Below are positions 24,931 to 38,489 of a stretch of DNA of 64,000 nt, one piece after another. The position numbers and the translations under genes are program-made. Below the pieces are notes generated by a model. The model worked only from the letters and a program-made list of their open reading frames with translations, did not search any database and was not told where the DNA came from. This DNA is from Pristiophorus japonicus (taxonomy: Eukaryota): contig NC_091999.1 in NCBI RefSeq assembly GCF_044704955.1, forward strand, positions 64,604,001-64,668,000, given 5' to 3'. How positions within the stretch are numbered: the stretch's first letter is position 1; every line of letters begins with the position of its first letter.

Positions 24931-27170
24931 GAGAGAATCACAGGACCATTCAGCCCCTCGAGCCTGTTCAACCATTCAATGAGGCTATAGTTGATCTGTG
25001 AGCTAACTCCATATACCTGCCTTTGGCCCAGATCCCGTAGCAAAGAAAAAAATATTAATCGCAGCTTTAAAATTAACAATTGATCCAGCGTCAATTGCCG
25101 TATGCAGAAGAGAGTGCAACACTTCTACCAGCCATCGTGCATAGAAGTGTTTCCTAATGTCACTCGTGACTAATCTGGCTCTAATGTTTAGACTATGTCC
25201 TCTCGTCCTATGTCCTCTGCCCAACCAACGGAAATACTTGCTCTCTATCGACCCTATCAGTTATCCTTAATATCCTAAACTTTGCGATCAAATCACACCT
25301 TAAGCTTCTATATTCTAGGGAATATAAGCATAATTTATTTAATCGCTACTCGTAACTGAACCCTTGAAGTCCAGGTGCCATTCTGGTAAACCTACGCTGC
25401 ACACTCACCAAGGCCAAAACTCGTTCCTAAGGTATAGTGGCCAAATTGCTCACAGTGCTTAAGGTGTGGTGTAACCTGGGTTTCTTACAGCTGCATCATA
25501 ACTTCTACACCTTTATATTCTAGTCCTCTAGATATAAAGTCCCGCATTCCATTCGAATGTTTGATTATTTTCTGTACCTGTTTATATTTTAATAATCTGG
25601 ACCCACAAATCTCTTCTGACCTCCACTATTTTTAACACTGCACGATTAAGCAAGTTCCATCCTTTTAGATCCAAAGTGGATGACCTCACATGTGTTTACA
25701 TTGAAATCCATTTGCCACAATTTTGCCCCTTTACTTAATCTATTAATATCCCTGTGTAATTATGTGCCTTAATCTACATTGCCTACAATGCCGCTGATCA
25801 TTGTATCATCTGCAAAGTTGGATATATGACTTCCTATGCCATCATCTAAGTCGTTAATAAATAGTATGAATAGGCTAGGCCCCGACACAGACCCCTGCGA
25901 GGCACCAATAATCACATCCTACGAATTTGTGCACCTACCCATTATCCCGACCCTATGCATCCAGCCGCTCAGCCAATTTCCTAACCAGGTCAATAATTTG
26001 CCCTCAATTCCTTGTGTTTCTACCTTAGTTAACAATCCCTTATATTGAACTGTATCAAATGTCTTCTGGAGCTCCATATAAATAACATCCATAAACATTC
26101 TCCTGTCCACTACATTAGTCATCGCTTCAAAAAATTCTATCAGTTTTGTCAGGCATGATCTACCTTTCACAAGCCCTTACTAGGTTTCTCTGATCAACTG
26201 AACATTTTCGAAGTATTGAGTCACCCTAACCTTAATTCTAGACTCCAGCAATTTTCCAACACATATATTAGGCTAACTGGTCTATAAGCCTGTTGTTTCC
26301 CTCTCTCACAATTCTTAAATAGCGGAGTGACAAGCGCAATTGTCCATTCTAAAGTGACAGATCCGGAATCTAGAGTACTTTGGCAGATTATAGTTAGGGC
26401 ATTTGCAATATGCTCATCCTGGTCATTTAAACGCAGGGATGGAAAGCATCTTGTTCTGGGAGATTTTTCACTCTTTAGTGTCTTTATTTTGTTCATTATG
26501 ATTATTATAACTATTATGATGATCGCAACCCTCCGAGTGAAGAAATTCTTCCTCAATCTCTGTTACATTAATTGAATTGATCCCTGATTCAATATTAGTT
26601 TCTTGCAGATTTCCGGCATGGTGTACCCTTTCTCTGCTGTAAATAATCACGCAAAGTAATCCTTCAACATGTGCACCATTTCCTTATCAGCATTGACAAT
26701 ACCACCACTTTCAGCGTTTAATAGGCCCACATTACTCCTGACTGACCTCTTTTTTCTAATGTAATTCTAAAACATCTTCATGTTGATTTTGGTATTGCTT
26801 GCAAGTTTCTTTTCATACATTTTGTTGTCTGTTTCGTTCCCCTTTGCTGTGTTTTGTATCTTTTTCATTCTCCAGGATCTGTGCTATATTTGTGGGCCTT
26901 TTCCTTTAGTTGTTTGCTGTCCCTTACCTCTCCAGTTGTTCATGGCCGCAATTTTGCAAAGTAGACTCGAGCCCCACAGGGGTATAAACTGATTCTGTAC
27001 CACGTTAAATTTTTTTTTTAAACATTGTTCACTGATCTTCTGTCGTTGTACCATTAACAGATTTTCTCAATTTTCTGTGGACAGTCTCTGCATCATCTAG
27101 CCTTAATTAATCTATAATCTTAGATTATATAATCGTAGTAGCTGTTTCATGTTTCTCCATTTCAAACGCT
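24931..27170 (-). mobile_element. Old degenerate CR1, convergent with the previous copy
   Basis: KGRSCLTKLIEFF, YRPVSL and RTRGHSL motifs; 3' UTR near 24935. Confidence 0.85.
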
Positions 27171-27175
27171 TTGTT

Positions 27176-27770
27176 AAGAACATAAGAATATAAGAAATGG
27201 GAGCAGGAGTAGGCCCTGCAGCCCCGAGAGCCTGCTCCGCCATTCAATACGTTCACGGCCTATCATCGACCTCAACTCCACTTTCCCGCTCGATCCTTAT
27301 GATTCCCCTAGACTCCAAAAATGTATCTATCTCAGCCTTGGTTATATTCAGAGACTCAGCATCCACAGCCTTCTGGGGAAGAGAATTCCAAACATTCGCA
27401 ACTCTCTGAGTGAAAAAATTCCTCCTCATCTCTGTCTTAAATCGCTGGCCCCTTATCCTGAGTCTGTGCCCCCTATATCTAGACTCGCCAGCCCGGGGAA
27501 ACAACCTGCCTGCATCTACGCTGTCAATCCGCTTCAGATTCTTGTACGTTTCGATGGCAACACCTCGAATTCTTCGAAACTCCAGAGAGTATAGGTCCAT
27601 GGTATACAAACTCTCATCACAAGGCAGCCCTCTCATCTGCGGAATCCATCGAGGGAACCTCCGTTGTGATGCTTCCAAGGCAAGTATATCCTTCTGTATT
27701 TAAGGAGACCAAAACTCTGCACAATACTTCAGGTGCAGTCTCACCAAGGCCCTGTACAATTGTAGTATTT
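27176..27770 (-). mobile_element. CR1 3' fragment
   Basis: LYSLEFRR-RG...FFTQRVANVWNSLPQ; aagaacataagaa tail. Confidence 0.9.
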
Positions 27771-27879
27771 GTACGTTGAACTTGATCATTTCATGATCAC
27801 TATCGGATAAATATTCAAACAGAGTTAGGTTGTTAACTAAAAATGGCTCGTTACTCATTACTAGATCTAATATTTTAGT

Positions 27880-29740
27880 TCCATAGTGCCAAGCTCTGAC
27901 GCCATCTGGTGCACTGCATACAGTTCTGGGCACGGAGTCTCAGGAAGGATATATTGGCCTTGGCGGGACACCGTGCAGAGCGAACAGAATGACACCAGGG
28001 CTGAAAGAGATAAGTTACAAGCACAAGTTGCTCAAACTTGGGTTGTATTCCCTTGAGTTTAGAAGGCTGAGTAGTGATCTGATCGCAGTGTTGAAAATTA
28101 TAAATGCTTCGCTGGAATAGACATGGATATATTGTTTCCTCCAATGGGGCATTCAACATAAGGCAGCAGCATCATAAACTTAGAGTTCTGTCATTAGGGA
28201 GTGAAATTAGGAAGCAGCTTTTGACAAAACAATTAGTGGAAATCTGGAACTCTCCCACAAAATGAGTTGTACTGGCAAAGTTGCAATTTACAAGACTGAG
28301 ATCGATAAGGTGTCACACAAAAGGTTGCTAGACAAGAAAAGGGCTCATGGGGTTGTGGGGGAGAGAATAAATTAGCACAGATAGAGGATTGGTTAATGGA
28401 CAGAAAACAGAGAGGAGAGATACATGGGTCATTTTTACGCTGGCAGGCTCTAAGTAGTGGAGTGCCGCAAGGGTCAGTGCTGGGGCTTCAGCTATTTACA
28501 ATTTAGATTAATGACTTACAGGAAGGAACCGAGTGTAATGTATCCACGTTTGCTGACGTTACAAAGCTCGGTGCGGAAGAAGGCTATGAGGAGGACATAG
28601 AGAGCCTGCAAATGGATATAGGCAGGTTAAGTGAATCGGCGATATAGTGGCAGATGGAGAATAATGAGGGAAATGAGAGGTTATTCACTTTGATAGGAAG
28701 AAACAACATAAATATGTTTTCAATGGTGAGAAACTATGAAATGTTGGTGTTCAGAGAGATTTAGGTGTCCCCGTACAGGAAATAGAGAGATGTAGCAGAC
28801 GGGTATATAAACAATTTGGAAAGCAAATAGCATGTTGGCCTTTTTTGGAAGTGGGTTGGAGTACAACAGTAAGCCTTGCTTCAATTGTACAGGGCTTTTG
28901 TGAGACCCAACCTGGAGGACTGCGTGCAGCTTTGGTCTCCTTATCTGACGAAGAGAAGGACAAGGAATGTAAGACTTGCATTTATATAGCACCCTTCGCA
29001 ACCTCAGGATGTCCCAATGCGTTTTAAAGCCAAACATGTTTGCTGTTCTGTCGCTGTTGCAGTTTAGGAAATGTGGCAGACAAATTGCGCACAGCATGCT
29101 CCCACAAACTGCAATGTGATAATGACCAAATATTCTGTTTTACTGATGTTGGTTAAGGAGTGCGACAAAGGTCCAGCTGTACAATGATGAACGATTGAGT
29201 AGATTGGGCCTATACTCGCTGAAGAATGAGAGATGATCTCATTGATAGATACAGGATTCTGAGGGGATTGACAGGGTAGATGCTGAGAGGTCGTTTCCCC
29301 TGGCTGGTGAGTTCAGAACAAGAGGGCATAGTTTCAGGATAAGGAATCGGCCATTTATGTCAGCGATGAGCAGGATTTTCCGCATTCAGAGGGTTGTGAA
29401 TTTTTACAATTCTCTAACTGAAAGGGCTGTGGATGCTGAATATATTCAAAGCTGTGAGAGATAGATTTTTGGACTCTAGTGTAATGAAGGCATGTGTGCA
29501 TCGGGCAGGAAAGTGGAGTTGAGGTGCAGCCATGATCTTATTCAATGGCAGAGCAGGCTCGAGGGGCCACATGAGCTACTCCTGCTCCTTATTCTTAAGT
29601 AGTTACGCACTTATGATAGAATTTTGTGAGCTAAAGTTATCGAGGGACATATAGGTAAGCGGCGAAAATGTAGTTGAGATACAAATAAGTCACTATCTAA
29701 TTGAATGGTCGAGGATTTGACTGTGCCTATGCTCCTATAT
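27880..29740 (+). mobile_element. Nested CR1 cluster: an outer CR1 3' end interrupted by a second CR1 (about 28310-29610)
   Basis: The outer element breaks at gagatcgataagg (28305) and resumes at gatagaattttg (about 29615). The inner element has VPQGSVLG and its own 3' UTR. Confidence 0.7.
28970..29160 (-). mobile_element. DeuSINE (SacSINE1-like) fragment inside the CR1
   Basis: gacttgcatttatatagcacc...aaattgcgcacagc...gcaatgtgataatgacc; homologous to 43000-43300. Confidence 0.65.
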
Positions 29741-29974
29741 TACTGCAATGGCAGAAATTGGTCACTAGATGGCGCACAATGGGATCACACAAATTGAAGC
29801 TTCTTGGCACTAACACACCAATAACCTAAGATTGCAAATTGAGCTCTGGCAACACTTCACCCATTCTGCTAGACATCCAGTTAGTTTGTTTTAGCTTCTT
29901 TTTTTAAAACTGTGGGGTGGGATAACTAAGAAATTCTCCTGGATTCCAACTCTGTATTATTCTATTGTTGCGTT

Positions 29975-31655
29975 ATAAGAACATAAGAACATAAGAAATA
30001 AGAGCAGGAGTAGGTCATTTGGCCCCTCGAACCTGCTCCGCCATTCAATAAGATCATGGCTGATCTGATCATGAACTTAGCTCCTCTTCCCTGCCCGCTC
30101 CCCGTAACCGTTTACTCCCTTATCATTCAAAAATCTGTCTATCTCCGCCTTAAATATATTCAATAACCCAGCCTCTACAGCTCTCTGGGGCAGAGACATT
30201 TGACAGATTTACAACCCTTTGAGAGAAGAAATTCCTCCTCATCTAGTTTTTAATGAGCGGCCCCTGATTCTAAGACTATCTTCCCTAGTTTTAGTTTCCC
30301 CGATGAGTGGAAATATCCTCTCTGCATCCACATTGTCGAGTCCCCTCATTATCTTATGTTTCAATAAGATCACCTCTCATTCTTCTTAAATCCAATTTGT
30401 ATAGTCCCAAACTACTCACCCTATCTTCATAAGTCAACCCCCTCATCTCCGGAATCAACTCAGTCAACGTTCTCTCAACAGCCTCCAATGCAAGGATATC
30501 CTTCCTTAAATACGGAGACCAAAACTGTACGCAGTGCTCCAGGTCTGGCCTCACCAATGGCCTGTACAGTTGTAGCAGGACTTCTCTGCTTTTATACTCT
30601 TTCCCCCTTGCAATAAAGGCCAACATTTCATTGGCCTTCCGTATACTTGCTGCACGTGCATACTAACTTTTCGTGTTTCATGCACAAAGACCCCCAGGTC
30701 TCTCTAATGCAGCACTTTGAAATTTTTCTCCATTTAAATTATAATTTGCGTTTCTATTATTTCTGCCAAAGTGGATAACCTCACATTTTCCCACATTATA
30801 CTTCTGCCAAATTACTGCCCACTCACTTAGCCTGCCGATATCCCTTTGCAGATTTTTTGTGTTCTCCTCACAATTTGCTTTCCCACCCATCTTTGTATCA
30901 TCAGCAAACTTGGCTACATTACACTCGGTCCCTTCATCCAAGTCATTAATATAGATTGTAAATTGTTGCGGACCCAGAACCGATCCCTGCGGCACCCCAT
31001 TAGTCACTGTTTGTCAACTGGAAAATGACCCATTTATCTCGACGCTGTTTTTCCTGTTAATTAGCGAATCCTCTATCCATGCTAATATATTACCCATAAC
31101 CCCGTGAGCTTTTATCTTGTGCAGTGACCTTTTCTGTGGCACCTTATCGAAGGCCTTTTGGAAATCCAAATGCACCATATCGACTGGTTCCCCCTTATCC
31201 ACCCTGCTCGTTACATCCTCAAAGAACTCCAGCAAATTTTTCAAACGTGATTTCACTTTCATGAAACCATGCTGACTCTGCTTGATTGAATTATGCTTTT
31301 CCAAATGTCCCATTACTGCTTCCTTAAAAATGGACTCCAGCATTTTCCCAACAACTGATGTTAGGCAACTGGTCTATAGTTTACTGCTTTTTGCCTGCCT
31401 CCTTTTTTAAATAGGGGCATTACAGTTGCGGGTTTCCAATATGCTGGGACCGCCCCAGATTCTCGGGAATTTTGGTAGATTACAACCAAAGCATCCACTA
31501 TCGCCGTAGCCACTTCTGTTAAGACTCTAGAATGTAAGCCATCAGATCCAGGGGACTTGTCCGCCTTTAGACACATAATTTTACCTAGTACTCGATTAGT
31601 GATTGTATTCGCCCTACCTATAGCCCCTTGATTATCCACTATTGGGATGTTAATT
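29975..31655 (-). mobile_element. 5'-truncated CR1 LINE
   Basis: [21 protein letters not shown] and KFADDTK motifs; (ATAAGAAC)n tail. Confidence 0.95.
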
Positions 31656-34600
31656 CCTCTATTTGAAACAGGTACTTTACGCCCGTCCAAACTAGCGCAG
31701 GTAGCAATCAATAGGTTTTTCCTGGGCCTTATTACAGATCATGGGAAAGGTAAGAACCAGTTTGATGAAAGCGGGGTACAGGCTAATATTCTCCATTAAT
31801 GTCATCAATGGATGGCATGTTTTAGTAGATTCCACACCCCTGCTCCTGGATTTGGATTACATTCCCGTCAGGCTATTAGACTAATTATTAAGCGTGTGTT
31901 TGGTTTTCTTGGCCTTGATTTAATCTGTGGGATAGTAACTTCCTGGTGCTTTCGCAGTGTGCTTAAAATTCCAATTTTAGATAACGTGTTAACCTATTTA
32001 TGTTTAACAGGGCAGCGCCTCCGCCAAGGAAGCACACAGGCAAATTTCCACCCAAATGTTGAAGACGTTTTTCACAGGGAATTTATTTGAATCATCAACT
32101 GGCTCCATCACCGTAACTTCAGAGGTTTCTTCAAATTACCCTTGAAAGCAATAGTTGTTCTGAGACAGTTCCAATATCGGTGAGCTGTTGAATATCTACT
32201 ATGCATTATATTCCAAAATCCCTTTATATGGCTTGGTGTCAGATGTTGTCTCAAACCATTCACGTGAAGCACTTTGTAAAGTTTTATTATGTTAAAGGCG
32301 CTATATAAATGCAATATGTTGTGAATGAGATCATTAATTATGGCAAGTATTTTTTTAGACATTTTGTCTTTCTGGTCAGTTTAAGGATGCGTGACTGGAT
32401 ATGATATTAGTGCAGCAAAACTCTAGTTTCATATTCCTTGAGTATTGTTTCAATGGAGGCAAAGGGATTAAGCCATGGAACAGAAGAGAGCCACAGAAAG
32501 CCTGTAATCCTGAGTAGTGGAATATCACAAGCAGTTAAATACAGGATGGATTCACTACATTTAGTGGCACTGCATTGAACACTTCGGGAACTGCTGATTG
32601 CATTTTTGCATTATTGATGAATGGATCAATTAATCAAAATAATTAGCAGAACATTGATGCTAAGATTGCATACTTTCTTAGTATGAATCTTGTAATAAAC
32701 ACTATATCGCTTAATAATTAGATCTGGTTAATTGTCCATGTTATTTCCCATGTTCCAGTATTACAGCCAACCCTCCAGATGATTCGATCACCTTAATATC
32801 CGACATAATTTAATGAGATTCATTATGCCGTGTTCTAGACTTAATTTATAGCTAGTTTATTTTATTAGTTCAAGGTGTATAATGTATGATGTTCATTTGT
32901 GAGTTTTATTAATTTAATCCTTTGCGAATTAAACACTGAATGAAAATGTGCACGGAAAATAAATGTTAGATTTAAATCAGAACTTTCAGTAAAAATAACA
33001 TTAAATGCCTGGTGCTAATTATTTTATTATATTCTAATCCTATGTAATGACAGAGTCGAAAAGTAGCTTACAATAATAAAAGAGTAAAAACATTCAATTC
33101 AAATTGGCGCATAAAATCTATTGATTTAGATTCCACACGATTAGTAATTGGATCCATTGTTTCTTACACTTTATTTACGAAAATCACTGCAAATACGGTC
33201 ATGTCAGGAATGGTATCAAGTGATTATGGAAACAAGGCGGGCAAAATGGTGCTCAGCTACAGATCAACCGTGATCTAATTGAATAGCGGAGCAGTATCGA
33301 GGGGCTCAATAGCCTATTCTTGTTCCTAATGTTCCTATGTCACGTTGAAAAACAAAATTGACCTTCGTATTACAGTTTCATGCAATTTACAACGGAATGG
33401 TTCACAACATCAGAATCCACGATTTTAGCAAAATTAGATACATGGGAAGATCTATCTTATAGCTATGGGCAGCGACATTGCACAGGCTGTGATATCGGTT
33501 CTCTCAGCTCGGTATTTCTTGGCAAATAATTAATGGATCCTTTTAAAATATGTTAAAGATTTAGTCATAAATAAGTGCCTCGAGGCAGCCAGGATCTCAC
33601 TGCAACAAACTTGCAGAGGAATTCATAACCACAGATTGAATCAAAGCGTCAGATCGTGCACACCTTTCCGGAGATAAATGTGGCCAATGGGCCTTCACGG
33701 CGGGATTTCGTGTCCATTGGGTTTCTGCAATGATGTCAGACCCTGAGACTGAGTCAGAAATTAATGAGGATGTTACTCGTATTACATTGTAAGGGAAGAT
33801 GGACCTCTGTGCTCCTCTGGGCACGGTATGCCCCAATATCCGGAAGATCTTTTTGAAGATTTCCTCTGTTATGCATCACTAACCAAATTGTTAACACATT
33901 CAGCTACGATCAGTTGAGAATTCCACAAGACATGCTGAAAAGAGGAAATCATCGCTGAGTTGGGCTATCCATGTAAACTGCGACCAGAGCCGTGCTGACT
34001 TTTGCTGGTAGATCTTGGCCCCATATGTTCTGGGTTTAGGCTTGCACTGAGCATGTGCGGATACCCGGAACTTGCGAATGACAGATCGTATGAATCTGAC
34101 AGATAAGGGCATTCGCCGGAGGAAATTTTGGCTATTTGCCCAATATCTGGCCAGCGAATGCCCTTGAAATTTTTATGACTGCTAAAAGCATAAGGGCTAC
34201 TTTTACCAGCATAAAAGTTTGAAAAAATAGAAAAATAATTGTATTTTTACTCATTTTATATAAAAAACCATGTCCAATAAGGTACGTTTATTTTTAGCCC
34301 CTTTAAAACATATTTGACAAAAATTATTCTTTGAAAATATTTAATGGAATGTAATTTTAATTAATTTTAAAAATGTAATGTTTTTGAAAATATATATATG
34401 TCATTTCTTTGAGTATTTTTGGGCGTATTCACATTATACTTATGGTAGCTCCATGAAAATGGAATCCAGCATTAAGTATGAACAGGGATACCCGTATTTT
34501 AATTGTTTGGGCCAGCCCGCCTGATTCCAGGGGTGCTTGCGAACCACTTGCGCTCCCTAGGATAGGCGGAACTCTATGCAGGCCCATGTGTAGAGGCCCA

Positions 34601-35399
34601 GGACTGCACATTGCCCAACATCCCGGACCACGAGATACAATCATAGATTGTCTGCAGTCCCGCGGGAAGGCTCCGACCATAAATTCTACATTATTGTTAC
34701 GAATCTGTTCAACAAACACACTTTTTATCCACAGGGAAGCCTGGACCCTCTGTATAACCGAGGTGCCTTGAATAAGCCAAGATCCACGGGGAAGATTTAC
34801 ACTCATGGCCGTGTGTCCACAACCTCAGGAATGTGGTAGGAATGTTTCCCCAGCGCCATCGTGATCACAACTTTAACAAATGGCCGACATAAGATTGTGC
34901 TGACACGAGTAGAATTTTCCCCCAGGACCCGTGGTCTCAGTTTTCTGTCATGTGATATAATAAGGGTCGGGTGTTTCAGTGCTGTGTGTTGGTCCTATAA
35001 AACACACGTACATCTCTTCTGCACTTTAACCCCTGTCTGTCCTGCGGCATTTCTAATTGCGCCACAATTATTTCCAATTCCACTTACTTCTGAAATTTCT
35101 AAACCCTATATCATCCATCACATAATTGAGTAATAGATTTAAAAATCAGAGTTCACATTGGAGCCTGGAAGTTCCAGCTGGGGTTGTGTCACCTGTGATC
35201 TTTCATGTGATCCACACGATTATCGGTGGAGCGATTGTCGGAGTACATATCAGTAACTTGGCTTTAGGGGCAAGTCCCCAGAGTCACAGACTGGCGTTCA
35301 CGACAGGCTGTAAATAGCGATTTACAGAGTGCACAGCAATAATCAATATATTCCTTTCTGGATTGTATGCAGAATTGAATGGAACACTGTGGTTACTTT

Positions 35400-35955
35400 A
35401 GTAGAAAAGCAAAATACAGCGGATACAGGAATTCTAAAATACACACAGAAAATGCAATCCGCAGCTCAGCTACATTCTGTGGCGACTGAATCAGAGTTCA
35501 CAATTCAGGTCGCTGACATTTCGTGAGAAAAGTTCGATAGCTAACAGATTTTAAGCAAGTTCAGAAGCAGAGAAAGGGAGAGGGGAGGATTGAACAAAAT
35601 GGAAGATCAGTGGAAGGCAGAAGTGATTCAATGAGAAAAGGTTCGGGTGGTAGAAAGCAAACGCAACTGGTAACAGAACACATACGGAGACGGAAGATGA
35701 GTCTAGAAGAGGTCTAAGTGGGTAAAACATCAACAGCGCCACCAAAACAAATAGCGACGGAGGTTGTGGTCTGAAATTGTGGAACTCGATGATGAGTCCA
35801 GAAGGCTGTAAAGTGCCTAATCGAAAGATGAGGTGCTTTTCTTGGAGTTTACATTGAGCTTCTTTGGAACAGTGTAAGAGGTCGAGGACAGAGAGATGAC
35901 AGTGGGAATGGAGCGCAGAATTAATGTATCAGGCGACCAGAAGGTCAGGGTCTTA
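35400..35955 (-). mobile_element. Penelope-like element 3' fragment (GIY-YIG C-terminus)
   Basis: The minus strand at about 35770-35845 reads EKHLIFRLGTLQPSGLIIEFHNF, the typical PLE endonuclease end, followed by a PLE-type 3' region. Confidence 0.75.
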
Positions 35956-38134
35956 CAGACTGAACAGAGGTTAGACGCAAAGTGAAGCTGTGATTACTTT
36001 GTTGGGAAGTCGAATATTCCAGGAAAGCTTGGCCACTGTTGTGATTTATGCAATTTACACACAATAAGATCCCTGAATATAATGAAAGATAAGTTAAACA
36101 GATTGTCTGTTTCTGGTATGTACTTGGTAGTGAGAATGTTGGCAAGTGTATAAGTCCCTTGCACTGCACCAGTTGGCACGGTCTGGTTTTATCGATTCCG
36201 ACGATTGAAGGGGCATGTGTGACAATGCAGTCCTGCCACAGTCTAGCACTCGAAGTATCAAACAATATTCTGGGATGTGGTGCTGGAGGAGCTCCTCATC
36301 CCGTCTCCTGATTGGCCCAAAGACATGGGAGCGACCAATCAGCCAATCTGGCAGGCGAGTATTGATCTGACAAATGTAACATTATTCTTGCTAATTATTT
36401 GGCAGATCAATCAAAAAGCATTAGCAAAATTAAATTGAAATTATAGTGAAAATGTTAAAATACATTCTTAATTATTCTGAAGGTCACCTGGTGCTGTGCT
36501 ATTGAATATTAGGTTATGGCGCCACTCATTTATGACTGAATTAATTGAGCATTTATCCAAGGCGCGACATTTGAAGGCAATATTACATCAATTCATCGAA
36601 TTACCCTACAGTAACAGAAAATTTCAACATGTCCCGCCTGCAGATTCCACTGCTTTTCCTCAGTTTATATTAATGGATTCTGCCGGATTGTCCCAGCTCA
36701 CTGGTTTGATAAGTTAGTCTGAATTATATGTAACACCGGCATTCAATGAAGGAAGAGTAAGACATGAACTATAAGAGAAAATGGTTTCGGTGAGAATATA
36801 TAGGAATACGAGATGAAGCCGATAACGATGTGGGAGAGAGGCAATCCAGTCCCGTCTGTGGTTAACATCCAGTGACCATCCCCGTACAAGCCTGGGATAT
36901 AAACGGCGAGTGCCTTCTGACCAAGCGGCCGCTAGTTCACCAGTGAAAACAATAGAATGATATCCCAGTGAGTAAACGAGGCAGATGATATGCAATCAAA
37001 CTGAATAGTCGCACACGTGCAGGAAAACACAGGATGATGTACTATTGCTCTGAAATGTGATGAGATTTCTGGGTTTGAAAAGTCATCTTCCAGAAATGAG
37101 TGGTCACACCCCAAATCCAGGGAGCCTCACCAGTTGTGTGTCTCCCTGAGTGCATCATTTTTATCCCTCATTATAAATACAGCAATAATTATACAGTTTT
37201 CAGAAAAATGGTGAATTGTCGCCGGACTCCTAGCAAACTTAAGATAGTCGCTGTAAATTCCCTAAAACTGAGCAGGATATTCCAAATGAGATGCGTTTGG
37301 CGATCTGTTTAACCTGCTGTTTATTCTCTCCCTCTTGGATCTGTAACCCGGAAACGCATTAATCCCTCTGATCGTCCGTTACCATCCAGTAATACGTTGA
37401 CCTGGGCAACGACATGGCTTGTTCATATACATGTTCATGCACAACGCCGCCATTTCCACATTATTCTCATCTACCATTCTTATTTCGAAGTGCTCAATCT
37501 CACACGTTATTAACAGGATTTGTCATCCAGCTATACAAACACTTCATGCATCTATCTTCTTTCGCAATTTTCTGGTGTATTCACAGTCTAATGTACCTAT
37601 TTGGGTAGTATTAACATTAATCTTGTACAGACACCCATCTGCTCCTTAGTCTTCCAGTATAGGTACAAATCTGGCATTTTGAGTAATTTTTATTCATTTT
37701 CCATTTTAATATCATCGATAGGTTTTCGGTAATGCTTTGATTTTACATGAGCAATATTGTAGCTAAATAGCAAAACCTACGGCAATTTCTGGAGCAGAGA
37801 GATGCAGTTAATTGGAGCACTGAACTTTCTCTATAGTACAGTTAGAGGAGGTGGGAGATATTAAGGAGCACTACAGCATTATTAGTGGCTGGAATGTGTA
37901 ATTCCAGCGTGATAAGTACAAGTAGAAGGTCGAAATTATAAATGTGGAGTTCGGAAATAATAATGGAATAGAAAAATAAGGGTAAAATATATGTCGTTGG
38001 AAAGAAAACTGAATTACATCCTTACACCCTGGCCTCATTATCCCCAGCCCTCTATCCAAGAAGACAACACTTGCTCCCGACTCACCCCGTGCAATTCCAT
38101 GGTAATTCTATATATGTGTATGTTTGAGACACTG

Positions 38135-38228
38135 TCAGAGAGAGATAGATATACAGACAGACAGACAGACAGGTAGGTAGGTACGTAGGCTGATAGATTG
38201 ATAGATTGATATATACGTTGATATAGAT
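38135..38228. repeat. Compound tetranucleotide microsatellite (GATA/GACA/GGTA)
   Basis: Seen directly in the sequence. Confidence 0.85.
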
Positions 38229-38489
38229 CAAAAGGCAGAAAGTTGAGTGCATCTGCATTAAAAATAGAAGGATAATGCAATTCTAAAATGTACCATAACT
38301 CGAGTGTAGCCATGTGCTTAATATAGAAAGGACTTGCAGGTATTGTGTGAGTAGTACAGATAGTGCCTTTTTATCAAACATAAATATATTGTAGTTCTCT
38401 TCCTTGAAAATTGACCGTAAAACTGCAAGTCAATGGCAGTCAACAGTTAATCAGCTGGAATGGGTCCCTAACTACCTGTTAATTATTTT

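Noticed and set aside
34010-34690. Possible MITE or DNA transposon remnant
   Set aside because: The AT-rich core with GC-richer arms is suggestive, but I could not define TIRs or a TSD.
37871-38059. Hydrophobic ORF (STFIISTFYLYLS) as the Ig TM exon
   Set aside because: It lacks the acidic spacer, the conserved TM motif spacing and the splice sites. AT-rich bias explains the composition.
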